From Nitrospirota bacterium (GTDB taxonomy: Bacteria > Nitrospirota > Nitrospiria > Nitrospirales > NS-4): DNA of 64,000 nucleotides. The translations under genes and the position numbers were made by a program. Below, one piece after another: positions 9,128 to 18,015 of the stretch (position 1 is its first letter; each line of letters opens with the position of its first letter). The stretch spans positions 12,134 through 76,133 of the forward strand of contig SCTG01000009.1 in the NCBI GenBank assembly GCA_004298335.1, given 5' to 3'. The notes beneath the pieces were generated by a model, which worked only from the letters and a program-made list of their open reading frames with translations, was not told the origin of the DNA and searched no databases.

Positions 9128-9925
9128 TTAGAACCGCCAGCTCAGGCCCCCGGTGATACCGTACTCCGGGGCACCGTTAGATAATCCTGTCTCTATCGCG
9201 AAATTCAGTCGCAGGGCAGATGTCGCCTTGTAATTCACCGCGAAGAGAAGGTCCCGCGGATTCACCTGGCCCGGGACGAGCGTCCGCCACTCCTCGTAAT
9301 ACACGCTGCCCATCAGCGCTTCCGTGAAGTTATAGCCCAGGCCCAGATCGTAGTTCCATCGGTTCTGCAGGGTCACGCCCGCCGGCTGTCCGATGATCGT
9401 ATAGCCCAGATCGAAGAAGCCCGTCCATTTCTCGGCAAACTTCTTCGAGATTTCCGTCCCAATGCCTTCATCCCACTCACCGGTGCCCAAGCCCTTATCC
9501 GCATCGGCCGTCGGGGCCTTCAAGCGGGCGACCAGGGCGACGGTGGGGAGGAACGTACGCTCATCGAGAATATAGTAGCGCCCCTGCATGATGACATCGC
9601 CGATCCCCTCATTGGTGACCCGTGCCGGCGTCCGCTGGACTCTTCTGGCAAAGGCCGGAACGCCCCCCACGAGCGTCACGCGGCCGTCGCTGGCGACACT
9701 GATATACGGAACGATGAGCGTCAGATCCCCGTCCCGGAAAAGCCGCCGGAGCGAGAACGGCATATAGAGGATGTCCGTCCGGGTGTTCGTACCGTAATCC
9801 CCGCTCGTGTATGTGGCCGACAGGCCCACCTGCCAGGTTTCCTCGGCCGCTTCGCTGGGCAGGGGACTCCCCGCCAGCAAGAAGGCGCCAAGCCCCGCGG
9901 CGGCGGCAATCGCGAGCAGCCGCAT
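9128..9925 (-). CDS. Outer-membrane beta-barrel protein (MetA-pathway/transporter-like family)
   Basis: Start trimmed to ATG 9925 (GGAGG RBS, signal peptide MRLLAIAAAAGLGAFLLAG). Alternating beta-strand pattern and a C-terminal ...GGLSWRF aromatic terminus. Confidence 0.6.
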   Translation of the reverse strand: MRLLAIAAAAGLGAFLLAGSPLPSEAAEETWQVGLSATYTSGDYGTNTRTDILYMPFSLRRLFRDGDLTLIVPYISVASDGRVTLVGGVPAFARRVQRTPARVTNEGIGDVIMQGRYYILDERTFLPTVALVARLKAPTADADKGLGTGEWDEGIGTEISKKFAEKWTGFFDLGYTIIGQPAGVTLQNRWNYDLGLGYNFTEALMGSVYYEEWRTLVPGQVNPRDLLFAVNYKATSALRLNFAIETGLSNGAPEYGITGGLSWRF

Positions 9926-10285
9926 CTTCGTCCTCCCGGTCAGGCCAGTCGATGGGAGCATGTCCGTTCCTCCTGCCATCCTCGTGCAAAGATAATTCTA
10001 GTAGACAAAAAACCTTGAGTAAAATCAAGCAAAATGTTTTCACGCTCTGTCATTTTCTGCGCTAAGTTGTCCCGGAAGCGCCGGACTTCGTCCTGTGTCT
10101 CATCGCATGACGCGCCCTCCACGTTGTATGGGTACGCCTACAGTTCCAAGTATGAGAAAAACAACGCGCGCCTGTTGATGTGAGTCTAAACCCTGAATGC
10201 GGATGCCTTCAGTTTTCTGCGCCGTGCGCGCGACCCGGCGAGTCAGCTTTTCCCATCTTGTGCGAATACCCGACATTTCCGACGT

Positions 10286-10301
10286 GGCACCATCCTTGCC
10301 C
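10286..10301 (+). promoter_or_regulatory. Candidate sigma54 (-24/-12) promoter
   Basis: TGGCAC-CATCC-TTGC matches the TGGCAC-N5-TTGC consensus exactly. It lies 78 nt upstream of ATG 10379 in an AT-rich intergenic region. Confidence 0.55.
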
Positions 10302-10378
10302 ATATAAGATAAGACGAACGGGCCTGCCTCCCGATAAGGCGAGCGGGCATCACATCAGAGCGAGAAAGGAGAAGAGCC

Positions 10379-10981
10379 ATGAAGACATCGCTTCAGACCG
10401 TTGGCGCGGGCGCGCTTTTCGTATCGGCGTTTCTCGTCACCGGCGCGTTCGCGCAGACCACTCCCCCGGCTCCGCCGACGTCCCCTCCGGCCGTGACGTC
10501 AACGCCGCTGAAGGAAGACATCGCGAAGGACCGCCAGGAAATCAGGGCGGACAAACAGGAGATCAAGGGCGATCTGAAGGAGGTCGCGCAGGACCGCCAG
10601 GCGTTGCGGCAGGATCTCCGGTCCGGCGCCAGCCAGGACAAAATCCAGGCGGATCGACAGAAACTGCGCAACGACGTGCAAGAGCTCCGGAAAGACCGGC
10701 GGGAGCTGCAGCGGGACAAGCAAGACCTCCGGAGCGACCGGCGGGAACTGCGCGAAGACCGTCGGGACGGCCGGGACGACCGCGACAACAAGAGCAATAA
10801 GGGAGGCGCATTGCGCGGCCTTGACCGCGCGGACCAGGTCGCGGGCGAACACGGTCAACAGGGCCGTGACAATGCGCGTGACAAGCAAGACCTGCGCGCC
10901 GACCGGAAGGACCTGAAAGCGGATCGTCCGGAACGGCCCAATCGTCCGGAACGTCCGGAACGCCCCAACCGGTCCCGGTAG
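10379..10981 (+). CDS. Secreted charged-repeat protein (hypothetical)
   Basis: GAAAGGAG RBS. Signal peptide ...FLVTGAFAQ. Degenerate D-[RK]-Q-x-[LI]-R-x-D repeats, a GLDRADQVAGEHGQQGRDNAR motif, and a C-terminal RPERPNRPERPERPNR repeat. Confidence 0.7.
   Translation: MKTSLQTVGAGALFVSAFLVTGAFAQTTPPAPPTSPPAVTSTPLKEDIAKDRQEIRADKQEIKGDLKEVAQDRQALRQDLRSGASQDKIQADRQKLRNDVQELRKDRRELQRDKQDLRSDRRELREDRRDGRDDRDNKSNKGGALRGLDRADQVAGEHGQQGRDNARDKQDLRADRKDLKADRPERPNRPERPERPNRSR
10520..10790 (+). repeat. Intragenic degenerate repeats encoding DRQxLRxD-type charged heptad-like units
   Basis: Recurring gaccgccagg / gaccggcggga(a/g)ctgc blocks in the DNA and repeated KQEI, DRQAL, DRQKL, DRRELQ, KQDLRSDRRELREDRRD units in the protein. 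Confidence 0.6.
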
Positions 10982-10994
10982 GGAGTCGTGGCAC

Positions 10995-11020
10995 GAGGCG
11001 GGAGCGAACGCTCCCGCCTC
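10995..11020 (+). terminator. Putative terminator hairpin
   Basis: Perfect GC-rich palindrome gaggcgggagcg-aa-cgctcccgcctc, 14 nt after the stop codon. No following T-tract. Confidence 0.45.
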
Positions 11021-11066
11021 GCAGCTCTCTCATTTCCAGCCTAGACCGCGGGTCCTGCCGGACCCC

Positions 11067-11094
11067 TTGCCTGGAAGCAGGAATTGTCTATAAT
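11067..11094 (+). promoter_or_regulatory. Candidate sigma70 promoter (TTGCCT-16 nt-TATAAT)
   Basis: Perfect -10 TATAAT at 11089-11094 and -35 TTGCCT at 11067-11072. ATG 11102 lies 7 nt after the -10 hexamer with no SD sequence, which would make the mRNA leaderless. Confidence 0.35.
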
Positions 11095-11101
11095 GGGCCG
11101 T

Positions 11102-11521
11102 ATGAAAGTCCTGGTATGGGTGATGGCGAGTCTGTTCTTCATCGCGGGGTGCTCGGCGGGGCCGCCCCTGTACTATCACGAGCGGTCCGACGGCACCCGC
11201 TACTATCAGACCGTCACGGAACAACTGGTGCGCGTGGACAAGGACGGCTGGGTCGTCGAGGCGCCCGTCATGTACGGCGGCTACAGGAAACAGCTGCAGA
11301 AGAAGGGCGATGATTGGGACTTGTCGGGGTACGACATCGTGGCGCCGCCCGGCCACTGCGTGGAGCTCCTGAGCCGGCGTCCGGAGTCCTGCCTGAACCG
11401 GGTGTGGGAACCCGTCGCGCTGGTCCTGATGGCGCCGATCCTGAGCCTGCCTGGCATGCCCCTGCTGGGAGACCCTCCGCCGGAGACGTACGGCCCGGGC
11501 GTCGCCAGGGGCAACCGCTAG
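11102..11521 (+). CDS. Lipoprotein (hypothetical)
   Basis: Start set at ATG 11102: MKVLVWVMASLFFIAGC is a textbook lipoprotein signal with lipobox IAGC. The track's TTG 11084 would lie inside the predicted promoter. Confidence 0.6.
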   Translation: MKVLVWVMASLFFIAGCSAGPPLYYHERSDGTRYYQTVTEQLVRVDKDGWVVEAPVMYGGYRKQLQKKGDDWDLSGYDIVAPPGHCVELLSRRPESCLNRVWEPVALVLMAPILSLPGMPLLGDPPPETYGPGVARGNR

Positions 11522-11556
11522 ACAGAACGCACTTCGACAAGGACCGCCGCTGCCGC

Positions 11557-13251
11557 TTATTCCTGCTGGGCCTTCTCGACCTTGGCCCAGGAGTCCCGCA
11601 ACGCGACCGTCCGGTTGAAGACGAGCCGGCCTTTCGCCGAGTCGGGATCCACGCAGAAGTACCCCTGCCGCTCGAACTGGTACCGGAGCCCCGGCTTCGC
11701 GCCCGCGAGGCTCGGCTCCACCTTGCATCCCTCCAATCGTTCCAGCGAATGGGGATTCAGGTTCGCGCTGTAGTCCTGACCCTCCGGCACGTCGTCCGGG
11801 TCGGCCTTGGCGAAGAGATGCTCGTACAGCCGCGCCTCCGCGTCCTTCGCGTGGGCGGCCGATACCCAATGCAACGTGCCCTTGACCTTGCGGCCCGCCT
11901 GCGGCCCGCCGCTCTTCGTCTCCGGATCGTAGGTGCACCGGACTTCGACCGCCTCGCCGGTGCGCTCGTCCTTGACCACGCTCACGCACTTGACGATGTA
12001 GGCGTAGCGGAGGCGGACCTCCTGCCCCGGCGTCATGCGGAAGAACTTCTTCGGGGGGACCTCGCGAAAGTCGTCCTGCTCGATGTACAGCGTCCGTGAA
12101 AAGGGCACCGTCCGGGTCCCCGCGCCCGGATCTTCCGGATTGTTGACGGCCTCCAGCTCCTCCGTCCGGCCTTCCGGGTAGTTCTCGATGACCACCTTCA
12201 GCGGCCGCAGCACGGCCATCACGCGCGGCGCGCGGCGGTTCAGGTCCTCGCGGATGAAGTGCTCGAGCAGGGCCATCTCGATGGTCCCGTCGCGCTTCTG
12301 CACCCCGATGTGCTCGCAGAAGGCGCGGATCGCCTCGGGCGTGCAGCCCCGCCGCCGCAGTCCCTGGAGCGTCGGCAGGCGCGGGTCGTCCCACCCGTTC
12401 ACGTGGCCCTTGCCGACCAGGTCCAGCAGGCGCCGCTTGCTCATGACGGTGTGCGTGAGGTTCAACCGCGCGAACTCGATCTGCCGGGGATGGGACGGCA
12501 CGTCCAGGTTGTCCAGGAACCAGTCATACAGCGGGCGATGGTCCTCGAACTCCAGCGTGCAGATGGAATGGGTGATCCCCTCGAGGGCGTCCGAGAGGGG
12601 ATGGGCGTAGTCGTACGTCGGATAGAGGCACCACTCGCCGCCCGTCCGGTGGTGGGCGACGTGCCGGATGCGGTAGAGGGTCGGATCGCGCAGGTTGATG
12701 TTGGGCGCGGCCATGTCGATCTTCGCGCGGAGCACGTGGGTCCCGTCCGGAAACTCGCCCGCCTTCATGCGCGCGAGCAGGTCCAGGTTCTCCTCGACGG
12801 ACCGCGTCCGGTGGGGGCTGTCCCGGCCCGGCTCGGTCAGCGTGCCCCGGTGCTTGCGGATCTCCTCGGCGCTCAGGCTGTCCACGTAGGCCCGGCCCCT
12901 TTTGATCAGTTGCACGGCGTACTCGTAGAGCCGGTCGAAGTAGCCAGAGGCGTAGAACAGCCGGTCGCCCCAGTCGAAGCCCAGCCAGCGCACGTCCGCC
13001 TGAATGGACTCCACGTACTCCACGCTCTCCGTGCTCGGGTTCGTGTCGTCGAACCGCAGGTGGGTGATGCCCTGATGCTCCTGCGCCAGACCGAAGTTGA
13101 GGCAGATGGACTTGGCGTGCCCGATGTGCAGGTAGCCGTTCGGCTCCGGCGGAAAGCGGGTCACGATGCGGCGGTGCTTGCCGGTCGCGAGGTCCTGCTC
13201 GACGATCTCGCGGATGAAGTTCCCGCCGGCGGACGAATCGGGGGTGGCCAT
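11557..13251 (-). CDS. glnS: Glutaminyl-tRNA synthetase
   Basis: 564 aa. Class I HIGH motif ([12 protein letters not shown]), KMSKS variant (VMSKR), and GlnRS-type C-terminal anticodon-binding region. Confidence 0.95.
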   Translation of the reverse strand: MATPDSSAGGNFIREIVEQDLATGKHRRIVTRFPPEPNGYLHIGHAKSICLNFGLAQEHQGITHLRFDDTNPSTESVEYVESIQADVRWLGFDWGDRLFYASGYFDRLYEYAVQLIKRGRAYVDSLSAEEIRKHRGTLTEPGRDSPHRTRSVEENLDLLARMKAGEFPDGTHVLRAKIDMAAPNINLRDPTLYRIRHVAHHRTGGEWCLYPTYDYAHPLSDALEGITHSICTLEFEDHRPLYDWFLDNLDVPSHPRQIEFARLNLTHTVMSKRRLLDLVGKGHVNGWDDPRLPTLQGLRRRGCTPEAIRAFCEHIGVQKRDGTIEMALLEHFIREDLNRRAPRVMAVLRPLKVVIENYPEGRTEELEAVNNPEDPGAGTRTVPFSRTLYIEQDDFREVPPKKFFRMTPGQEVRLRYAYIVKCVSVVKDERTGEAVEVRCTYDPETKSGGPQAGRKVKGTLHWVSAAHAKDAEARLYEHLFAKADPDDVPEGQDYSANLNPHSLERLEGCKVEPSLAGAKPGLRYQFERQGYFCVDPDSAKGRLVFNRTVALRDSWAKVEKAQQE

Positions 13252-13352
13252 CAGGCTGTTCGGTCTCCTTGTTCGCCCTCATATCTATCACAGACGGGCA
13301 GGCAGGAGAAACTGGCCGGCCCTTGATTCGCCGGGCCGGCGGAGTAAGATGA

Positions 13353-14804
13353 GTGCCGGCCATGCAATTCACGTCCTACGATCCGGAAAACTTCTACGAC
13401 GAGACGTTCGAGGGCCGGGGCCGGCCGCGACCCGGCTGCACGCTCGTGATGGAGAAGATCGCCGCGCTGACCGACGGGGAGCTCAAGCGGCGCCAGCAGG
13501 CGGCGGAGCGGGTCCTGCTGGACATGGGCGTGACGTTCGGCGTGCAGGGGGAGGGGACCAGCCATGAGCACATCTTCCCCTTCGATATCGTGCCCCGGAT
13601 CGTCGAGGCCGCCGTGTGGGAACGGCTCGAGCGGGGCCTGCGCCAGCGCGTGACGGCGCTGAACTGCTTCCTGCAGGATGTCTATCACGACAAGAAGATC
13701 ATCAAGGACGGGATCATTCCGGGAGACCTCGTTGCCTCCAGCAAGGGCTTTCTCAAAGCCTGCGAAGGGCTGAATCCGCCGAAAGGGATCTGGTGCCACA
13801 TCGCCGGGATCGATCTGGTGCGGGTCGCCGACGGCACGTTCCATGTCCTCGAGGACAACATGCGGTGCCCGTCCGGCGTGGCCTACGTGCTGGAAGCCCG
13901 CCAGGTCATGAAGCGCACCTTTCCGGAGTTGTTCGAGGCCTCCCGCGTGCGGCCGGTGGATGAGTACCCCGGCCGGCTCCTGGATACCCTGCAGTGTCTC
14001 ACCGATCGGCCGGATCCGACGGTCGTCATCCTGACGCCCGGGATCTACAATTCGGCCTACTACGAGCATTCGTTCCTGGCCCAGAAGATGGGCGTGGAGC
14101 TCGTCGAAGGCGCCGATCTGGTCGCCGCGGACGGGTTTGTGCAGATGCGGACCACCCGGGGCCTGAAGCGGGTCGACGTGATCTATCGCCGGGTCAACGA
14201 CGAGTTTCTCGACCCGCTCGTGTTCCGGGAAGAGTCCCTGCTGGGGGTGCCCGGTCTCATGGACGCGTACCGGAAGGGGCGCGTGGCCCTGGCGAACGCC
14301 CCGGGCACGGGCGTGGCGGACGACAAGGCCATTTACGCCTACGTGGAGAAATTCATCCGCTACTACCTCGGAGAGGAGCCCGTGATCCCGAACGTGCCCA
14401 CCTATCTCTGCTCGGATGAGAAGGATCGCGCCTATGTCCTGGACCATCTGGACCAGCTCGTGGTCAAGGCCACCAACGAAGCCGGCGGGCACGGGATGCT
14501 GATCGGCTCGCAGGCCGGCCGGCGTGAGCGCGAGGAGTTTGCCGGCCGCATTCTAGCCGACCCCCGGAACTATATCGCCCAGCCGGTGCTGGCGCTCTCC
14601 CGGGTCCCCACGATTTGCGGGGACCATTTCGAAGGGCGTCATGTTGACCTTCGTCCGTACATTTTGTATGGTCGCGACATTCATGTGATGCCCGGCGGAT
14701 TGACCCGCGTCGCGCTGCGAAAAGGCTCGCTGGTGGTCAATTCGTGCCAGGGCGGCGGCAACAAAGACACCTGGGTGTTGTCCGGAAGGGACAAGCCGTG
14801 CTAA
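13353..14804 (+). CDS. Circularly permuted ATP-grasp type 2 protein
   Basis: 483 aa. FHVLEDNMRCPSGVAYVLE and VALANAPGTGVADDKAIY are characteristic of the cpATP-grasp family that accompanies alpha-E and transglutaminase genes. Confidence 0.85.
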   Translation: MPAMQFTSYDPENFYDETFEGRGRPRPGCTLVMEKIAALTDGELKRRQQAAERVLLDMGVTFGVQGEGTSHEHIFPFDIVPRIVEAAVWERLERGLRQRVTALNCFLQDVYHDKKIIKDGIIPGDLVASSKGFLKACEGLNPPKGIWCHIAGIDLVRVADGTFHVLEDNMRCPSGVAYVLEARQVMKRTFPELFEASRVRPVDEYPGRLLDTLQCLTDRPDPTVVILTPGIYNSAYYEHSFLAQKMGVELVEGADLVAADGFVQMRTTRGLKRVDVIYRRVNDEFLDPLVFREESLLGVPGLMDAYRKGRVALANAPGTGVADDKAIYAYVEKFIRYYLGEEPVIPNVPTYLCSDEKDRAYVLDHLDQLVVKATNEAGGHGMLIGSQAGRREREEFAGRILADPRNYIAQPVLALSRVPTICGDHFEGRHVDLRPYILYGRDIHVMPGGLTRVALRKGSLVVNSCQGGGNKDTWVLSGRDKPC

Positions 14805-15778
14805 GCCGGGTGGCCAACGCAATCTACTGGATGAACCGTTACATCGAGCGGGCCGAAAATTACGCCCGCTTCATCGACGTCAAGCTTGCGCTCACGCTGG
14901 ACATGCCCGAGGGCACGGCCGAGCAGTGGGATCCGCTGGTGCGAACCACCGGGGACGATGCGGTGTTCGCCGAGCGGTTCGGCAAGCCGACGAAGGAGAA
15001 CGTGATCCGCTTTCTGGCCGCCGACACCGACAATCCGAACTCCATCCTGTCCTGCCTCTCGGCCGCCCGGCAGAACGCCCGCTCGGTCCGGGAGATCATT
15101 TCCTCCGAGATGTGGGAGCAGGTCAATCGCTCGTACCTGACGGTCACGGACGCCGTCTCCGGCGGGCGGTTCATGCAGAACCCGCAGGGCTTCTTCGCCG
15201 AGGTCAAAACGGCGAGCCACCTGTTCGGGGGCATCACGGACGCCACGATGTCCCACGGCGAGGGGTGGCACTTCGCGCGCCTCGGCCGTCTCCTGGAACG
15301 CGCCGACAAGACCTCGCGGATTCTCGACGTGAAGTATTTCATCCTCCTGCCGGACGTGTCCGACGTCGGCACGCCCTTCGACAACATCCAATGGTCCGCC
15401 CTGCTGAAGTCGGCCAGCGCGCTGGAGATGTACCGCAAGCATTACGGCCGCATCACGCCTCACCAGGTCGTCGAATTTCTGATCCTCAACCCGAATTTCC
15501 CCCGGGCCATCCGGTACTGTCTCATCAAAGGGGAGGATTCGCTGCACGCGATCTCGGGCTCGGACGGCGGCACCGTCCAGAACCTCGCGGAACGGCGGCT
15601 GGGCCGGCTGCGGGCGGACCTGGACTACGCCGACATCGGGGAGATCACCGCGCAAGGGTTGCACGAATTCCTCGACAACTTCCAGGCCGAGCTCAACCGG
15701 GTCGGCGATGCGATCTTCGAGACCTTCTTCGCGCTGCGCCCCGTCGAGGGCGCCATGACCAAAGGGGACCTCCAATGA
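14798..15778 (+). CDS. Alpha-E domain protein
   Basis: Start trimmed to GTG 14798, a 7-nt overlap with the upstream stop. The N-terminus LSRVANAIYWMNRYIERAENYARF is the hallmark of alpha-E proteins. Confidence 0.8.
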   Translation: MLSRVANAIYWMNRYIERAENYARFIDVKLALTLDMPEGTAEQWDPLVRTTGDDAVFAERFGKPTKENVIRFLAADTDNPNSILSCLSAARQNARSVREIISSEMWEQVNRSYLTVTDAVSGGRFMQNPQGFFAEVKTASHLFGGITDATMSHGEGWHFARLGRLLERADKTSRILDVKYFILLPDVSDVGTPFDNIQWSALLKSASALEMYRKHYGRITPHQVVEFLILNPNFPRAIRYCLIKGEDSLHAISGSDGGTVQNLAERRLGRLRADLDYADIGEITAQGLHEFLDNFQAELNRVGDAIFETFFALRPVEGAMTKGDLQ

Positions 15779-16548
15779 CTTTCTGTCTGGGCATGAAAGT
15801 TCAGGACGGGCTGATCGGCATCGCCGACACGCGGGTGACGACGGGCGTGGAATGCATCACGGCGCGGAAGGTCTCCATCCACCAGCACGGCCGGCACTCG
15901 ATGTTCCTGATGACCTCGGGCCTACGGTCGGTCCGGGACAAGGCGGTCACCTACTTCGAAGAGGTGATCGGCGAGGGCGACCAGACGTTCGACAAGCTGT
16001 ACAAGGCGGTGAACGTGCTCGCGACGCAGATCCGGCGCGTGGCCGAGGAGGACAGGGAGCCCCTCGACAAGGGCGGGCTGCCCTTCAATCTCCACGCGCT
16101 CGTCGGCGGCCAGCTGGAGAACGATCCGGAACACAAGCTGTACCTGCTGTACCCGGCGGGCAACTGGGTCGAGGTCAGCGAGGGCACCCCATACTGCATC
16201 ATCGGCGAATCCGGCTACGGCAAGCCCCTGCTCGACCGGGTGCTCCGCTACGAGTCGTCCATGGATTTGGCCTTGAAGGTCGGGTTTCTCGCCTTTGACG
16301 CCACCCGGACCAGTTCGACGAGCGTCGAGTATCCCCTCGACGTGGTCGCCTACCGGACCGACACCTTCGACATCGTCGAATCCCGTTTTGAGAAGGACGA
16401 CCTCCTGAACAGCTCGGCCTGGTGGCAGGCCCGGATCGCCGAATCGGTCGATCAGCTGCCGGCCAAGTGGACGGAACGCGTGCTCGCCCCGCTCTCCAAC
16501 CACACCACCCGGTCACCACGCCCGGATCGCACCCCGGGTCCCACCTGA
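15775..16548 (+). CDS. Anbu-type proteasome beta-subunit homologue (Ntn hydrolase)
   Basis: ATGA overlap with the alpha-E stop. MTFCLGMKVQDGLIGIADTRVT would expose Thr1 after Met removal, with Asp17 and a Lys near position 31. About 257 aa, as for Anbu. Confidence 0.8.
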   Translation: MTFCLGMKVQDGLIGIADTRVTTGVECITARKVSIHQHGRHSMFLMTSGLRSVRDKAVTYFEEVIGEGDQTFDKLYKAVNVLATQIRRVAEEDREPLDKGGLPFNLHALVGGQLENDPEHKLYLLYPAGNWVEVSEGTPYCIIGESGYGKPLLDRVLRYESSMDLALKVGFLAFDATRTSSTSVEYPLDVVAYRTDTFDIVESRFEKDDLLNSSAWWQARIAESVDQLPAKWTERVLAPLSNHTTRSPRPDRTPGPT

Positions 16549-17402
16549 TGACGTTCGAGGTTCGCCACACGACTCGTTATACCTATAGCAAGCCTGTGTT
16601 CCTGGAACCGCATCTCCTCCGATTGCGGCCGCGCTCCGACGCAGCCCAGCGCCTCGTGAAGTTCGACCTGGCGGTCTTTCCGGAGCCTGCGGGCCGCTCG
16701 GAATGCCTGGACCTGGACGGGAATTGTGTCTGCCAGCTCTGGTTCGACAGCGCCACAGATCGCCTGGAGGTCCGCGCGGCGTCCGTGGTCGAGACCATCC
16801 GGACCAACCCCTTTGATTTCCTGATTGCCCCCGCAACCGGGCAGGTCCTGCCGATGCGATATCCCGCGACGCTGGTCCCGTCCCTGAGACCATACCTGGA
16901 CAGCCCGCCCTCCGTGCCGGACGCCGTGGCGAAGTTCGGAACCGACCTGGCCGAAGCCGTGAAGTGGAAAACGCTCCCGTTTCTTTCGGCCCTGACCACC
17001 CGCCTTCCCCAACAGTGCACGGTGGCCATTCGGGAAGAAGGCGACCCGCTGCAGCCGGACATCGTCCTGGCCCAACGGCAGGGATCCTGCCGGGACCTGA
17101 CCCTCCTCTTTATCACCGCATGCCGTGCCGTGGGGCTCGCCGCCCGCTTTGTGAGCGGCTATCAGGAAGGCGATCCCGACCAGTCCCGAAGAGACCTGCA
17201 CGCCTGGGCCGAGGTCTACCTTCCCAGCGGCGGATGGCGTGGGTACGATCCGACTCTTGGGTTGGTCGTTGGGGATCGGCATATCGCGCTGGCGGCCGGG
17301 CCCACCTTTCGCGACGCCTCGCCGGTGACGGGCACCTTCCGGGGAACCGGCGCCACCGCGACCCTGCAGTCCGACATTACGATCACCGTCACAGTGCCAT
17401 AA
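16548..17402 (+). CDS. Transglutaminase-like cysteine peptidase family protein
   Basis: Its start shares one nucleotide with the Anbu stop. Bact_transglu_N-like start MTFEVRHTTRYTYS. Catalytic core QGSCRDLTLLF ... DLHAWAEVY ... GYDPT (Cys-His-Asp). Confidence 0.85.
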   Translation: MTFEVRHTTRYTYSKPVFLEPHLLRLRPRSDAAQRLVKFDLAVFPEPAGRSECLDLDGNCVCQLWFDSATDRLEVRAASVVETIRTNPFDFLIAPATGQVLPMRYPATLVPSLRPYLDSPPSVPDAVAKFGTDLAEAVKWKTLPFLSALTTRLPQQCTVAIREEGDPLQPDIVLAQRQGSCRDLTLLFITACRAVGLAARFVSGYQEGDPDQSRRDLHAWAEVYLPSGGWRGYDPTLGLVVGDRHIALAAGPTFRDASPVTGTFRGTGATATLQSDITITVTVP

Positions 17403-17404
17403 CT

Positions 17405-18004
17405 ATGTCCGACGTCCTCGCCGCCATCAAAGCCTGCCTGCTCCCCGACGAGGAGAAGGTCCATCCGTTTTACTTCGCCGGGCGGGCGATCGTTTTCCTC
17501 GGGCTGGCCGTCTGGGGCTGGCGGTTCATCACGAACACCTGGCAGTCGAGCTACGTGATGGAGTCCTTCATGCACCACATCAACCTGCCGTTCCACGAAG
17601 CCGGCCACTTCCTCTTCCGCCCTTTCGGCCGGTTCCTGCATGTGCTCGGCGGCAGCCTGGGCCAGCTCCTCATGCCGCTGGTCTGCCTGGGGACGTTCCT
17701 GTACCAGCAGAATCCCTTCGGCGGGACGGTGGCGCTCTGGTGGTTCGCCCAGAACCTGATGGACCTCGCGCCCTATATCGGCGATGCGCGGGCCGGCGAA
17801 CTCCCGCTGCTCGGCGGCGTCACCGGATCCGAGGTGGAGGACTACCACGACTGGGAATACCTGCTGAAGCAGCTCGGCTGGCTGTACTCCGACCACAAGA
17901 TCGCCGCCGGGGCCTACATGGCCGGCCGGTGGCTCATGGTCCTCGCCTTCGCCTGGGGCGCAGTCCTGCTGTACCGCCAATACAAGAACCTGGACCGGAA
18001 CTGA
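17405..18004 (+). CDS. Polytopic membrane protein with HExxH motif (putative membrane metallopeptidase)
   Basis: ATG 2 nt after the transglutaminase stop. 199 aa, about 5 hydrophobic segments, with HEAGH directly before a TM segment (NLPFHEAGHFLFRPFG). Confidence 0.6.
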   Translation: MSDVLAAIKACLLPDEEKVHPFYFAGRAIVFLGLAVWGWRFITNTWQSSYVMESFMHHINLPFHEAGHFLFRPFGRFLHVLGGSLGQLLMPLVCLGTFLYQQNPFGGTVALWWFAQNLMDLAPYIGDARAGELPLLGGVTGSEVEDYHDWEYLLKQLGWLYSDHKIAAGAYMAGRWLMVLAFAWGAVLLYRQYKNLDRN

Positions 18005-18015
18005 GAGGCACCCCC

